Virus record (IMG/VR): IMGVR_UViG_3300034418_007369
Coordinates: 1 to 64,000 of that record
Length of the DNA: 64,000 nt
Source: a virus
Reading direction: 5' to 3' (one strand)
A program made the position numbers and the translations under genes. Shown in pieces: positions 24,827 through 35,275 of this stretch (position 1 is its first letter; each line of letters starts with the position of its first letter). The notes under the pieces are model-generated. The model ran no database searches. It was not told where the DNA came from and saw nothing but the letters and a program-made list of their open reading frames with translations.

Positions 24827-27034
24827 ATGTCTTTGAAATCTTTAATGGATTATACATTTGTTAGTAAGTATGCGCGTTGGATTCCTGAAAAGAAAAGGCG
24901 AGAAACTTGGAACGAGGCAGTAGATAGAGTCAAGCAAATGATGCTCGACAAATATGTTGCAGGTCAAGAGGGCGAGAACGTAGAAGAAATTAAAACCGAG
25001 ATCGAGTGGGCGTATGAACAAATGCGCAAGAAAAAAGTTCTTGGCAGTCAGCGCGCTCTACAGTTTGGCGGATCGCCAATCTTTAAGCACAATGCTCGTA
25101 TGTATAATTGTATTGTGTCATACTGCGACCGTGTAAGATTCTTCCAAGAGTGTATGTATCTTCTTCTGTGTGGATGCGGTACTGGATTTTCCGTACAGAA
25201 ACACCATATTGAAAAACTGCCAGACCTTTTACCAAAGAAAGAGGGTAGTAAAAAATACGTTATTCCAGATACCATTGAAGGATGGAGTGACGCTGTAGGT
25301 ATTTTGGTGTCGAGTTATTTCGATCAATATCTACAAGATGAACTATTCGGTGAATATTCTGGCAAGACTGTTAATTTTGACTACAGTCAAATTCGTCCCG
25401 CCGGATCTTACCTAAAGTCAAGTGGCGGCAAAGCTCCCGGCCCTGAACCTCTACGCAATGCTCTAACAAACATTAGAAAAATCTTAGACAAGGCAATTAA
25501 AGATGGACAGAAAAAGCTCAAACCTATCCAAGCTTATGACATTATTATGCACACCGCTGATGCTGTTATATCTGGTGGCGTTCGCCGCTCTGCTACCATT
25601 TGCGTATTTAGTCCTGACGATAGTGAGATGGCAAGGGCTAAAACAGGAACTTGGTTCATTGACAATCCCCAACGAGGAAGATCAAACAATTCTGCACTAC
25701 TTGTACGAAATGAAACAACAAAAGAACAATTTGCAGAACTAATGAACTCTGTCAAAGAGTTTGGCGAGCCGGGATTTGTATGGGCAGACAGCACAGAACT
25801 TCTGGTAAATCCATGTGTTGAAATTGGCATGTGGCCTGTATGTGAGGAAACTGGTGAATCTGGATGGCAGGCATGTAACCTATCAACTATTAACTGCTCA
25901 AAAGTAAAAACCGAACAAGACTTCTTTGATGCTTGCCGTGCCGCTACAATCATTGGTACACTACAGGCGGGTTTCTCGGAGTTTGAGTATCTGGGCGGTG
26001 CGTCGGAGCGAATCATCGCAAGAGAAGCTCTGCTGGGCGTTAGTATGACAGGCATGATGGAGAACGCAGAAGTTTGTCTTGATCCATCATCACAGAAGCG
26101 CGGCGCTAATATTGTAAAGAAAACAAACGCTAGAATGGCAGAACTGCTGGGTATTCGTCAAGCAGCAAGAACCACATGTATTAAACCAGAAGGAACATCA
26201 AGTTGTATTCTTGGAACATCTAGTGGTATTCACCCGCACCATGCGAAACGATATATCCGCCGAGTCCAAGCAAACAAAATGGAACCCATTTATAATTATT
26301 TTAGAACACAAAACCCAAGAGCATGTGAAGAAAGTGTTTGGAGTAATAATGATAGTGATGACGTTGTATCGTTCTGTGTAGAAGTTAAAGACGGCGGCAA
26401 AACTAAAAACCAAGTGAGCGCACTACAGTTATTGGACTATGTAAAATCTACACAGCAAAGCTGGGTTCTCAATGGTACAAACCCAGAGCTATGTACTCAA
26501 CCTTGGTTAAATCATAATGTAAGTAATACTATTAATGTTAAGCCAGATGAATGGGACGAAGTAGAGAAATATATTTATAAGAATAGAAAATACTTCTGTG
26601 GTATTTCATTGCTTCCTATCTCTGGCGATAAAGATTTTCCACAAGCACCATTCACTACGGTTTATCTACCAAGTGAACAGGTCGCACACTACGGCAATGC
26701 CTCTATCTTTGTGAGTGGACTTATCGAGGTTGCACTTACTCTATGGGAGGACAACCTTTGGGCGGCATGTGACAGTCTACTTGGGTTTGGCGAAAAGATT
26801 AAAGGCAATGGAAAGAAAGAGTGGAAAGAGCGATGTGAAAGATTTGCCGAAAAATACTTCGCAGGAGACCTAAAACAGTTGACATATTGTATGAAAGATG
26901 TCTATAATTGGAAAGAGTGGGTGGATCTTAACAGAGAATACCAAGATGTAGACTTCACACAAGTTGTCGAAGAAACTAATAATGTAAATCCCGTTCAACA
27001 AGTCGCCTGTGCTGGCGGTAAATGTGACTTTTAA
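24827..27034 (+). CDS. nrdJ: Class II (B12-dependent) ribonucleotide reductase
   Basis: MYNC, GCGTGFSVQ, GGVRRSA, NPCVEI, CNL, KPEGTSS and C-terminal CAGGKC; no adjacent nrdB. Confidence 0.88.
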   Translation: MSLKSLMDYTFVSKYARWIPEKKRRETWNEAVDRVKQMMLDKYVAGQEGENVEEIKTEIEWAYEQMRKKKVLGSQRALQFGGSPIFKHNARMYNCIVSYCDRVRFFQECMYLLLCGCGTGFSVQKHHIEKLPDLLPKKEGSKKYVIPDTIEGWSDAVGILVSSYFDQYLQDELFGEYSGKTVNFDYSQIRPAGSYLKSSGGKAPGPEPLRNALTNIRKILDKAIKDGQKKLKPIQAYDIIMHTADAVISGGVRRSATICVFSPDDSEMARAKTGTWFIDNPQRGRSNNSALLVRNETTKEQFAELMNSVKEFGEPGFVWADSTELLVNPCVEIGMWPVCEETGESGWQACNLSTINCSKVKTEQDFFDACRAATIIGTLQAGFSEFEYLGGASERIIAREALLGVSMTGMMENAEVCLDPSSQKRGANIVKKTNARMAELLGIRQAARTTCIKPEGTSSCILGTSSGIHPHHAKRYIRRVQANKMEPIYNYFRTQNPRACEESVWSNNDSDDVVSFCVEVKDGGKTKNQVSALQLLDYVKSTQQSWVLNGTNPELCTQPWLNHNVSNTINVKPDEWDEVEKYIYKNRKYFCGISLLPISGDKDFPQAPFTTVYLPSEQVAHYGNASIFVSGLIEVALTLWEDNLWAACDSLLGFGEKIKGNGKKEWKERCERFAEKYFAGDLKQLTYCMKDVYNWKEWVDLNREYQDVDFTQVVEETNNVNPVQQVACAGGKCDF

Positions 27035-27045
27035 GGAATAAAAAA

Positions 27046-27585
27046 ATGGAAGGTAATACAAACAAAAACGTGCCGCCGTTTCCGGTATGGCAAAACTCTT
27101 GTTGCAGACATGAGACGGTAGTAACTTCTCTGCCAATGGGCATGAAGCCTTACACTGGTCCTGAATTAAAAGTTAAGAAACTGGCCCCAGAAGCAATCAT
27201 TCCAACAAAAGCAAATAAAACAGATGCGGGCTATGATCTCTATGCCCTAGAAGATGTAGAGATTCCAGCTGTAAATCATAAACTAATCAAGACAGGTATT
27301 TCTATGGCGATCCCAGCCGGTTACGTTGGTCTCATCTGGCCTCGCTCTGGCCTTGCTTATAAGAATGGACTAGATGTGTTTGCTGGCGTTATTGACGCCG
27401 GTTATAGAGGTGATGTGGGGGTAATACTCTATAATTCAAGAGTAACTGACCACTATCAAGTCAAAAAGGGAGACAGAATAGCGCAGATAGTTTTTCAAAA
27501 GATAAAAGGCTTTAATCTTATTGAAGTGGACGATCTTGATGAAAGTCAAAGGGGTGAAGGCGGATTTGGGAGTAGCGGAGTATGA
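27046..27585 (+). CDS. dut: dUTPase
   Basis: AGYDL, PRSGLA, GVIDAGYRG, GDRIAQ and RGEGGFGSSG. Confidence 0.95.
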   Translation: MEGNTNKNVPPFPVWQNSCCRHETVVTSLPMGMKPYTGPELKVKKLAPEAIIPTKANKTDAGYDLYALEDVEIPAVNHKLIKTGISMAIPAGYVGLIWPRSGLAYKNGLDVFAGVIDAGYRGDVGVILYNSRVTDHYQVKKGDRIAQIVFQKIKGFNLIEVDDLDESQRGEGGFGSSGV

Positions 27586-28580
27586 CCGATAGAATATTTT
27601 GGGCTACTCAGGGAGTACTCTTAAACGGTTCTTTTTTGGGAGGTGTTCAGTCAGTAGGCGTTAACTCTAGCCATTCGGCCTCTGCGCTGTTTAATAACGG
27701 CAGTCCCACAAGACGCCACATCTTCTATAATAGACCCTCTACAGAAATAACAATAGAAAGACTCCTAACAGGCGCCCCCGCAGAAGTTGATGATGGTGTC
27801 GCCGCTGGTGAACATGATATTGAAATTGCCTATGGTTCAGACGAAAACGGGAATATCGGCGAGAACTCATCGTTAGGCGGGGTTCAATATAAAAAATGCT
27901 TAATCAGTTCTATTTCATATTCTATGTCTGTAGACCGTGTTACAGAGACAGTAACATATATAAACAGATGGATGGAGCCGGGCGGAGCGTCTCCTAGCGA
28001 TTTTTCAGGGGTTGGCGGGGGAGGAGGGGAAACTATGAAAAGGCAGCACATAAAACCACAAAGTAGCACATTACCAGAAGAAGTGAAAAAGTTATTCGAC
28101 ATTGGGACTGAACTTAACGGCATTGATGTTCTAGGACTTCAATCCATAGATATAAATGTAAACATAGAACGAACACAATTATTGGATCACGGATACTGGG
28201 GCGGATCGGATGGCGATTTGAGCAGGATTAATGAGTTTTATATTCCCAATCTTCCAATAAGTATTTCTTGTTCTTTTCGCGGGATAATAAGGCAGCCGAT
28301 TCCTTGGACTGGAATTATGAAAAATTTAGATAACGCGGTGCGCCCTGTTGATAACAACTTTACTCAATCTTATGGCGGCCCAGCCGCTAATCCATTCTAT
28401 GAAGCCGATAGGGTGATTGTTATTAATTCGGAATTTTCGGGATCAAATAGTTCATGGAATCTTGGCGCTAAAAATTATTTAACATCAATAGAAACAAACG
28501 GAGGAGATGCTGGAGACGATTCAAATGTCGAAGTTACTATAACTTATCAAAATAGCAACAACTTTATTGAAGTATCATAA
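27582..28580 (+). CDS. Putative tail-tube-like structural protein
   Basis: Beta-strand and Gly-rich, with an apparent internal duplication (GVQSVGVN / GLQSIDIN). Confidence 0.4.
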   Translation: MTDRIFWATQGVLLNGSFLGGVQSVGVNSSHSASALFNNGSPTRRHIFYNRPSTEITIERLLTGAPAEVDDGVAAGEHDIEIAYGSDENGNIGENSSLGGVQYKKCLISSISYSMSVDRVTETVTYINRWMEPGGASPSDFSGVGGGGGETMKRQHIKPQSSTLPEEVKKLFDIGTELNGIDVLGLQSIDINVNIERTQLLDHGYWGGSDGDLSRINEFYIPNLPISISCSFRGIIRQPIPWTGIMKNLDNAVRPVDNNFTQSYGGPAANPFYEADRVIVINSEFSGSNSSWNLGAKNYLTSIETNGGDAGDDSNVEVTITYQNSNNFIEVS

Positions 28581-28608
28581 TCAATAACATTATAGTGGTA
28601 AACACCTT

Positions 28609-29286
28609 ATGACAAAAAAAATAAGAAGAACGCTAAAAAAAGAAAATATTCCCCAGCAAGTTAAAATAGTAGAGCCAAAAACACCCAACCAAAAAAAATA
28701 CATTAGATCAATAATAGAAAACGATATTATTTTTTGCACCGGTCCTTCGGGTTGTGGAAAATCCTTTATTGCCGCTGGCCTGTCGGCACAAAAACTTCAC
28801 CATGATGAAATTGAGAATATAATAATTACTAGACCCCTTGTATGCACCGGAAAAGAAATTGGATCTTTACCGGGAGAGCTGGGAGAAAAAATAGCCCCAT
28901 ACCTCATGCCAATGCAGGAAAATTTAAAACATTTTCTTGGGCGCGCTTATTACGGAGAATACTATAATGCAGGTAGGATCAAGTACATGCCGCTAGAGGT
29001 TATGCGCGGTAGCACATTTAATCATTCATATATGATTCTTGATGAGGCGCAAAACTGTAGCTTTGAACAGATCAAGATGTTTATAACTAGAATGGGTGAA
29101 GGCTCTAAGGTTTTAATAAATGGAGACATTAAACAAACTGACATAAAATCTAGAAGCGGTCTTGCACATTGTATTGAAAAACTCTATAATATAGAGGGAA
29201 TCGCTTATTGCCAGCTAACAATTCAAGATATACAAAGAAACGGAATATTGGGCAGAGTGTTAAATGCCCTAGAGAATGACGATTAA
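28609..29286 (+). CDS. phoH: PhoH family ATPase
   Basis: GPSGCGKS, ITRP, LPG, MRG.TF, DEAQN and GD..Q.D. Confidence 0.93.
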   Translation: MTKKIRRTLKKENIPQQVKIVEPKTPNQKKYIRSIIENDIIFCTGPSGCGKSFIAAGLSAQKLHHDEIENIIITRPLVCTGKEIGSLPGELGEKIAPYLMPMQENLKHFLGRAYYGEYYNAGRIKYMPLEVMRGSTFNHSYMILDEAQNCSFEQIKMFITRMGEGSKVLINGDIKQTDIKSRSGLAHCIEKLYNIEGIAYCQLTIQDIQRNGILGRVLNALENDD

Positions 29287-29299
29287 TTGAGGTAAAAAT

Positions 29300-29641
29300 A
29301 TGCCATTATATGATTTTGAATGTGAGCCTTGTGCGTATTATACGGAAATAAGACAAGGACCGGAAGATCCAGATGTTCATGAGTGTCCATTTTGCGCAAG
29401 CAATACTCTTAAAAAAGTTTTCATTAATGCTCCATCTATCAGTGTGATCGGAGAACCCACTACTGTAAAACATTTAGCAGATAGAAATACCAAAAAGATG
29501 GGAAGATATGAGCTAGAGTCTAAAAACGCAAAGAACAATTCGGAACAGTACAAGGAGGCTAAAAAAGCAAGAGACCAGCGCCGCAAGATCAACTCTATGA
29601 CACAGGAACAGAAGATTAAATGGATAAAGGAAGGTGACTAA
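29300..29641 (+). CDS. FmdB-family zinc-ribbon protein
   Basis: MPLYDFEC..C...CPFC. Confidence 0.8.
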   Translation: MPLYDFECEPCAYYTEIRQGPEDPDVHECPFCASNTLKKVFINAPSISVIGEPTTVKHLADRNTKKMGRYELESKNAKNNSEQYKEAKKARDQRRKINSMTQEQKIKWIKEGD

Positions 29642-29907
29642 TGGAACTGGAAAAAGTATTATTAGGTAATAAAAGCGATGAAACGGTTAAATTAAATAGA
29701 AAAGATTTCCCACATCACGCAACTGTTACTCTTAAAATCGACATAAGAAAAATGAATAAGGATGGCTCTTTAGAAAATAAAGTTTTGAGCGCGTCAGAAC
29801 TCTCAAAATATGGCATGGGTATCAAGGCTCAGATATGCACATCTGGAGCTACTCAATCCGAATGCATCAAGAATCTTAAAGAAATGTTGGAGAAAATGAA
29901 TGGCTAG
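29641..29907 (+). CDS. Hypothetical protein
   Basis: Coupled ORF. Confidence 0.65.
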   Translation: MELEKVLLGNKSDETVKLNRKDFPHHATVTLKIDIRKMNKDGSLENKVLSASELSKYGMGIKAQICTSGATQSECIKNLKEMLEKMNG

Positions 29908-30247
29908 ATGGGAAAATGAAGACGTGTCTGGACTAGGTATTCCAGAACCGATTACTTCAGTTGTAAAATATTTGAATAAGGAAGGTAGAGACTGTCAAAA
30001 CGAAAGATATGGTTTCGTGAAAACTGTTTCTACAACTCTTCCAGATAAGAGTGTTTTTGTAAAATACTATATTAGATTTTATAGAGGCGAGCTTGTTGAT
30101 CCTCATTCTGTTGACATTAATTTTAAATCTAAAATACCAGAGTTTAAAAAAGTATCAGAAGATTGTTATAATCTATATAAAAAATATTTGTCTACAAAAA
30201 ATCGTTTGTATTTCACTAGGTCAAGAAGATTGTTCATGGAGAATTAA
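29900..30247 (+). CDS. Hypothetical protein
   Basis: Coupled ORF. Confidence 0.7.
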   Translation: MARWENEDVSGLGIPEPITSVVKYLNKEGRDCQNERYGFVKTVSTTLPDKSVFVKYYIRFYRGELVDPHSVDINFKSKIPEFKKVSEDCYNLYKKYLSTKNRLYFTRSRRLFMEN

Positions 30248-30559
30248 ATGAAAAAGGGACCACTTTCTAACGAAGAGAAAAGCTATATTGAAGAAAACTC
30301 AAAAGTAGGCGCTAAAGATTTAGCGGAATCTATGGATAGATCGCTAAAGCTAGTAAAGGCGCATCTAGGTAAAATTTCTAAAAAAGAACAAACAAAACCA
30401 AAAGAAGAATCTAAAACTATGCAACTATTAGCAAGAAATGCCGATAGGGGCGTGGTGGTTATGACGGAATCGGCCTCTTCGCATTTTGATAAAAATAGGA
30501 AAAAGTCAGAACCGCCCAAAAGATACAGAGGGATTATTCATAAAATAAAGGAAGACTAA
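30248..30559 (+). CDS. Hypothetical protein, possibly HTH
   Basis: LSNEEK.YI...KDLA..MDRS pattern. Confidence 0.6.
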   Translation: MKKGPLSNEEKSYIEENSKVGAKDLAESMDRSLKLVKAHLGKISKKEQTKPKEESKTMQLLARNADRGVVVMTESASSHFDKNRKKSEPPKRYRGIIHKIKED

Positions 30560-30560
30560 T

Positions 30561-31076
30561 ATGATTTGCACCAAGCTTGATTCATTCCTTAGAAAAAAAG
30601 TTATGACAGATCTTGAAATGACTTGGGAAGCAGAGCTAAAAAGCGGCGTCACTGTTTATGGAGACTATGAAAGAAGCGGACAAGATAATCCTTGGAATAG
30701 ACTTTCTAAACACTGCGAGGAAAATAATGATAGTATTATTAAAATAAAACTTCTAATGTTTGGAGCAAAGAAAGAAACGTTTTTTGAAGACGAAAACGGT
30801 CTCGATGGAATTTTTGTTCTTAGAGGCGCTGCGAAAGAGCAAACAATGTCAGACGATTCTTTTAGGGTGTATCAAACACTCACGGTTGGGCTTTTGCGAG
30901 ACGACTGTGATTCAGTAGATGTTAAAAAATATTGCTGGCCCAATAATGAATTTGAACAAGGCTCTTCTTCTAGAAAGCTGACAGCCGGAAATTTGGAATA
31001 TATGATATTTAAAAATGAATCAGAAAAACTCAAACATCCTAAAGTACAAGAGCTTATCAACGGGGCAGCCGTGTAA
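30561..31076 (+). CDS. Hypothetical protein
   Basis: ORF track. Confidence 0.7.
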   Translation: MICTKLDSFLRKKVMTDLEMTWEAELKSGVTVYGDYERSGQDNPWNRLSKHCEENNDSIIKIKLLMFGAKKETFFEDENGLDGIFVLRGAAKEQTMSDDSFRVYQTLTVGLLRDDCDSVDVKKYCWPNNEFEQGSSSRKLTAGNLEYMIFKNESEKLKHPKVQELINGAAV

Positions 31077-31488
31077 TGCGGCTCAATACGCTGCTGAACT
31101 TGTCTGTTTAAGAAAAAGAGAGAAAGAAAATTGCGGCAGTTTAGAGTTTAAGTTTTGGAACAGATCTCAAAAAGAAGAGTACCAAACTCAAATACGTGTT
31201 GCTTCTAACTTGATAAGTAAATATAGTGAAAAAGCACTAATTAGATATCTAAATAGTCCAAGCGGTAACAATGTTTATGCCTTGGGCTTTCTACATAAAA
31301 GTAAAAAGTTCGCGTTAACACTTAGATTTGTTGAAAAGGGTGTAAAAGAAATACATGCCAAATTGAAAGAAGAGTCGAAGCGCGAAAAGAAAATAATCGA
31401 AGCCCCTAAAGGCGATTATAAACCAAAGAAATCAAAAGGCAAAAATAGCCTCTTTTCAAAAATAAGGAAGATAGATGGCAAAGGTTAA
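31015..31488 (+). CDS. Hypothetical basic protein
   Basis: ORF track. Confidence 0.65.
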   Translation: MNQKNSNILKYKSLSTGQPCNAAQYAAELVCLRKREKENCGSLEFKFWNRSQKEEYQTQIRVASNLISKYSEKALIRYLNSPSGNNVYALGFLHKSKKFALTLRFVEKGVKEIHAKLKEESKREKKIIEAPKGDYKPKKSKGKNSLFSKIRKIDGKG

Positions 31489-32548
31489 AGACTGGAAGAA
31501 ACAAATCACAGATAAGTATGGCGATATTCTTGTTTCTGGGACAAATGTTTTAAGTAATAGAAAAGATTATAAAGTATTATCAATTTCTCCAATGCTAGAT
31601 ATCGCTCTGGGCGGGGGAATCAAAGAAGGTTCGTGGCTCATGCTTTCAGGCGATCCCAAGTGTGGTAAGACGACCACAGCGATGCAGTTGGCGGCGAACG
31701 CGCAGAAAGATGGTAGACATGTTATCTATCTTGATGCAGAGGGGCGACTCAAAGAAATGAACTTTGAAGTCCCAGAACTAGATCCAGAAAATATGACAAT
31801 CATTCAACCTAAAGACAAACCTATTCCTGCTGAAATATTTTTAGAAACAGCATACAAATACATGACTGATCCAGAATATCATGGGGCGGTTTTGATTGTT
31901 GACTCTATCTCGTCTTTGATTTCAGAGAAAGAACTAGACGGCGACTTCTCTCCCACTAGAGCTGGCCTACCTAAGATTCTCTCTATCTTCACTAAAAAGA
32001 TGGGACAGGTCTTACCTAATCAAAGAGGATTGGTGATACTGATTACCCATACTATCTCAAACACGTCTGGAATGGGCGCGTCTAAGATGGCTGACGGAGG
32101 TAGAAAGATTCAATATCAGGCGGATACTAGAATGGAAGTCAAAAGCGGTGGAGAGAAAATTCCAGCCGTCAAGCCTTGGACAGATGAAAGCGGCGAGATC
32201 ATCGGGCAGCAGGTTAACTGGCGCATCCTCTGCTCGTCTATGGGATCGCCGGGCGGAAACTGTCAGAGTTTTATTCGTTATGGCGAAGGTATCGACGAAT
32301 GTCAAGAGTATCTACAGCTAGCTCAACAGCTTGCCCTTATCGACAGAAGTGGCGCTTGGTTCAAGCTCATATTCATGCTAGAAGATAAAAAATTAATGAA
32401 GAAGCTAGAACCGGATTTAGATGTTGAAGACGAGACCGCATGTATTAAAGCCTTTCAGTTTCAAGGACAGCCAAAGGTGTATAATTTCCTGAAAGAAAAT
32501 CCAGAGTGCATAAAGCTGTTGGCTAAATCAATTAAGGACATGCTATGA
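31475..32548 (+). CDS. recA: RecA/UvsX-like recombinase
   Basis: LDIALGGG, GDPKCGKTT, YLDAEG, IVDSIS and GGRK. Confidence 0.88.
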   Translation: MAKVKDWKKQITDKYGDILVSGTNVLSNRKDYKVLSISPMLDIALGGGIKEGSWLMLSGDPKCGKTTTAMQLAANAQKDGRHVIYLDAEGRLKEMNFEVPELDPENMTIIQPKDKPIPAEIFLETAYKYMTDPEYHGAVLIVDSISSLISEKELDGDFSPTRAGLPKILSIFTKKMGQVLPNQRGLVILITHTISNTSGMGASKMADGGRKIQYQADTRMEVKSGGEKIPAVKPWTDESGEIIGQQVNWRILCSSMGSPGGNCQSFIRYGEGIDECQEYLQLAQQLALIDRSGAWFKLIFMLEDKKLMKKLEPDLDVEDETACIKAFQFQGQPKVYNFLKENPECIKLLAKSIKDML

Positions 32549-32976
32549 AAATAGAAATAGTAGGATTAGACGCAAGGGGCTACATATGGATGCCGCTATC
32601 CGCAGCCGCCGAGAATGTTAATAGATCAAAACTTCATGAAAAAGCATACAAACTTATTGAAGAATTCTATCCGTATGATACGATATTGGAAGAAGTGACA
32701 CTCCCCGGAAGCAAAGACCAATTTGGAGGAAAATCCCTTAGAGCGGACTTGTTTTTACCAGCTAGAAGAATTATAATAGAAGTTCATGGAGAGCAACATT
32801 ATAAGTTTAACAAGTTCTTTTTTAAGAGCAAGCTAGACTTTTATAAAGCCAAAGCCAGAGACTCAGACAAAAGAGAGTGGTGCGAGTTGAACGAAATAGA
32901 ACTGATAGAATTAAATTATAATGAGGACATTGATGAGTGGAGAACAAAAATTAGAAGAGTTTCTTCTAGCGATTGA
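32545..32976 (+). CDS. PD-(D/E)XK nuclease (DUF559/Vsr-like)
   Basis: ADLFLP..IIEVHGEQHY..RD.DK.EWC. Confidence 0.75.
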   Translation: MKIEIVGLDARGYIWMPLSAAAENVNRSKLHEKAYKLIEEFYPYDTILEEVTLPGSKDQFGGKSLRADLFLPARRIIIEVHGEQHYKFNKFFFKSKLDFYKAKARDSDKREWCELNEIELIELNYNEDIDEWRTKIRRVSSSD

Positions 32977-33394
32977 TAATTGGATAGAGTGTAAAGGGCT
33001 TCCGAAGGTTGAGCAAAAAGAAGACATTGAAGCTATTCTTAATATGCGATCTCACGATATAAACCATCTCTCTGCAAAAGAATGTCTGGCGTATGCCTAT
33101 GAGCTATACGCATATTCAGACTATCTTGAATCCATAAAAGCCAAAGAAAAGATCGTTTTAGATTGGGCGGATTCCAGTATTTGGTATATAATATCTAAGT
33201 CTCTAGACTCTTACGGCACAAGCTATACGAAATGGGAACAGAAGTATTATTCTGCCGTAAAAGAAAACCCTCTAGCGTCTGATATATTAAAAATCAAGAA
33301 GCACGCAGAAGCAAGACTGTCTTGCGTAGATGGTAAATCTAACAAGGTATTGAGAATGGCAGACACATTAAGTAATTTATCAAAAACAAGATGA
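32933..33394 (+). CDS. Helical hypothetical protein, possibly a UvsY-like mediator
   Basis: Helical; lies between recA and dnaB. Confidence 0.5.
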   Translation: MSGEQKLEEFLLAIDNWIECKGLPKVEQKEDIEAILNMRSHDINHLSAKECLAYAYELYAYSDYLESIKAKEKIVLDWADSSIWYIISKSLDSYGTSYTKWEQKYYSAVKENPLASDILKIKKHAEARLSCVDGKSNKVLRMADTLSNLSKTR

Positions 33395-33401
33395 GGTTAA
33401 A

Positions 33402-33812
33402 ATGCTAGACAAATTTATTGAATCACTAACCGCAGAACAAAAGATGGCGCTCATAGAAACCCTAAGTGAAAGTATTGAAAAACCAGCGGAGACTAAAAAA
33501 GAACAACGTCCAGAACCAGTAAAATTATCAAGTGCAGATATTGGCTTGGACTTTACGGTTTCTAAAGACGGCGGGCAAGTTAGAACTAGAATCCCCGTTA
33601 CGGAGAACAAAAGGTTTAATAGCTTTACTGATGACGGAACAGAAGCAAAGGGCGCAGAGTTTAAAACGCCGGATGTCAAGCCTACCGAGCGACGACGACA
33701 GCCAACCAAGATGATAGATCAGAAATGCACCAAGTGTCAAAACTCTGTTAAGGTTCATCCTACGCACGCTAGGGAGTGGTATGTTTGCGACAGGTGCATT
33801 GGTGGCCGATAA
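33402..33812 (+). CDS. Hypothetical protein with C-terminal zinc finger
   Basis: CTKC..CDRC. Confidence 0.65.
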   Translation: MLDKFIESLTAEQKMALIETLSESIEKPAETKKEQRPEPVKLSSADIGLDFTVSKDGGQVRTRIPVTENKRFNSFTDDGTEAKGAEFKTPDVKPTERRRQPTKMIDQKCTKCQNSVKVHPTHAREWYVCDRCIGGR

Positions 33813-35275
33813 TGAAAAAGAACAAACTACAGGACTTAGCTTCTGAAAGGGCTGTACTGGCGGCACTGTGTCAGTACGGGCTAGACTGTTATCTTGACAT
33901 TGATTTTGTAGATGGCGACCATTTTACAGATGACATGAATCAAGTTTTGTTTAGCTGTATTCATAAAACAATATCTGACAACGCAAAGGTAGAATTAACA
34001 TCTATTCTATCTGCTGCAAATAGTCTTGGTGTTGGCGATGCGCTAAACAACAAGGAAGAAATGGGGTTCATCAGATCCCTGTTTAATTTCCCAGTAAATT
34101 TAGAAAACTCGCAAATTCATGCCGCTAAAATCGCAAAGCTAAAGCTGGCTAGAGATTTAAAGAAAACACTAAGCGGCTGCCAGAAAAGCGTAGAGTCCAT
34201 GACGGGCGAAGAAGATATTGTAGACCTTATCTCTATGGTAGAATCTCCTATCTTAGATGCTACATCTGCAATATATCAAACATCAAGTAATAAAACAGAA
34301 GTAATGGGAGAGGGTATTGATGAATACTTGGATTTTCTCACAGAGAATGTATCAGATTTTGTTGGAATCCCCACAGGGTTTGCACGATATGATGCTGCTA
34401 TTGGCGGTGGGCTGCGTCGAAAATGTGTTGACTTAGTAGCGGCGCGACCCAAGGTTGGTAAGTCTATGTTTTGCGATGCTGTTGCGCTCAACATATCAAT
34501 GCAAAATGTTCCCGTTCTTGTTCTAGATACTGAAATGTCTAAAGAAGATCACTACAATAGAATTCTAGCTAGTATTAGTGGTGTTGAAATTAACAAAATA
34601 TCCACTGGTAAATATTCTGATAATGTAATAGAAAATGAAAAGGTTCGTGCCGCCGGTGAAAAACTTAAAAACATACCATACCACTATATTAGTATTGCAG
34701 GTCAGTCTTTTGATAATATACTTTCTATTATGCGTAAATGGATTTATCAGCACGTTGGGTTTGACGAAAGCGGCAGAACTAACGATTGTGTAATTATTTA
34801 TGATTATCTTAAACTGATGAGTTCAGACGGCATTAGTGCGTCTATGCAGGAATATCAAGTTCTTGGCTTTCAAATTACCAAGCTGCATAACTTTATGGTT
34901 AAATATGATGTTCCATGTTTGAGCTTTGTGCAGTTGAACAGAGATGGTATCACAAAAGAAAGCACCGATGCGGTATCTGGCTCCGACCGTCTTATTTGGC
35001 TTTGTACCAGTTTTACAATTTTTAAGATGAAATCAGACGAAGAAAAAGCGGAGGACAATCCTAAAAATGGAAATAGAAAACTTGTTCCCATTGTAGCCAG
35101 ACATGGTGAAGGATTAGATGATGGTGATTATATTTCGATGAAGATGTTTGGTAATATTGGACGTTTAGAAGAAGGCATGACTAGAAATGAAATTCATAAC
35201 AATGCCAAATCAAGAAGTGAAGGATTTGAAATAAATGAAAACTTTGACCCCGAATCAGATCTCAGCAGCGTGTGA
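33812..35275 (+). CDS. dnaB: Replicative DNA helicase
   Basis: SERAVL, GIPTGF, AARPKVGKS, IYDYL and QLNR. Confidence 0.92.
   Translation: MKKNKLQDLASERAVLAALCQYGLDCYLDIDFVDGDHFTDDMNQVLFSCIHKTISDNAKVELTSILSAANSLGVGDALNNKEEMGFIRSLFNFPVNLENSQIHAAKIAKLKLARDLKKTLSGCQKSVESMTGEEDIVDLISMVESPILDATSAIYQTSSNKTEVMGEGIDEYLDFLTENVSDFVGIPTGFARYDAAIGGGLRRKCVDLVAARPKVGKSMFCDAVALNISMQNVPVLVLDTEMSKEDHYNRILASISGVEINKISTGKYSDNVIENEKVRAAGEKLKNIPYHYISIAGQSFDNILSIMRKWIYQHVGFDESGRTNDCVIIYDYLKLMSSDGISASMQEYQVLGFQITKLHNFMVKYDVPCLSFVQLNRDGITKESTDAVSGSDRLIWLCTSFTIFKMKSDEEKAEDNPKNGNRKLVPIVARHGEGLDDGDYISMKMFGNIGRLEEGMTRNEIHNNAKSRSEGFEINENFDPESDLSSV

Noticed and set aside
25048-27136. Antisense and alternate-frame ORFs over nrdJ, and similar ones across the window
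   Set aside because: They overlap well-supported genes and show no RBS or recognisable motifs.
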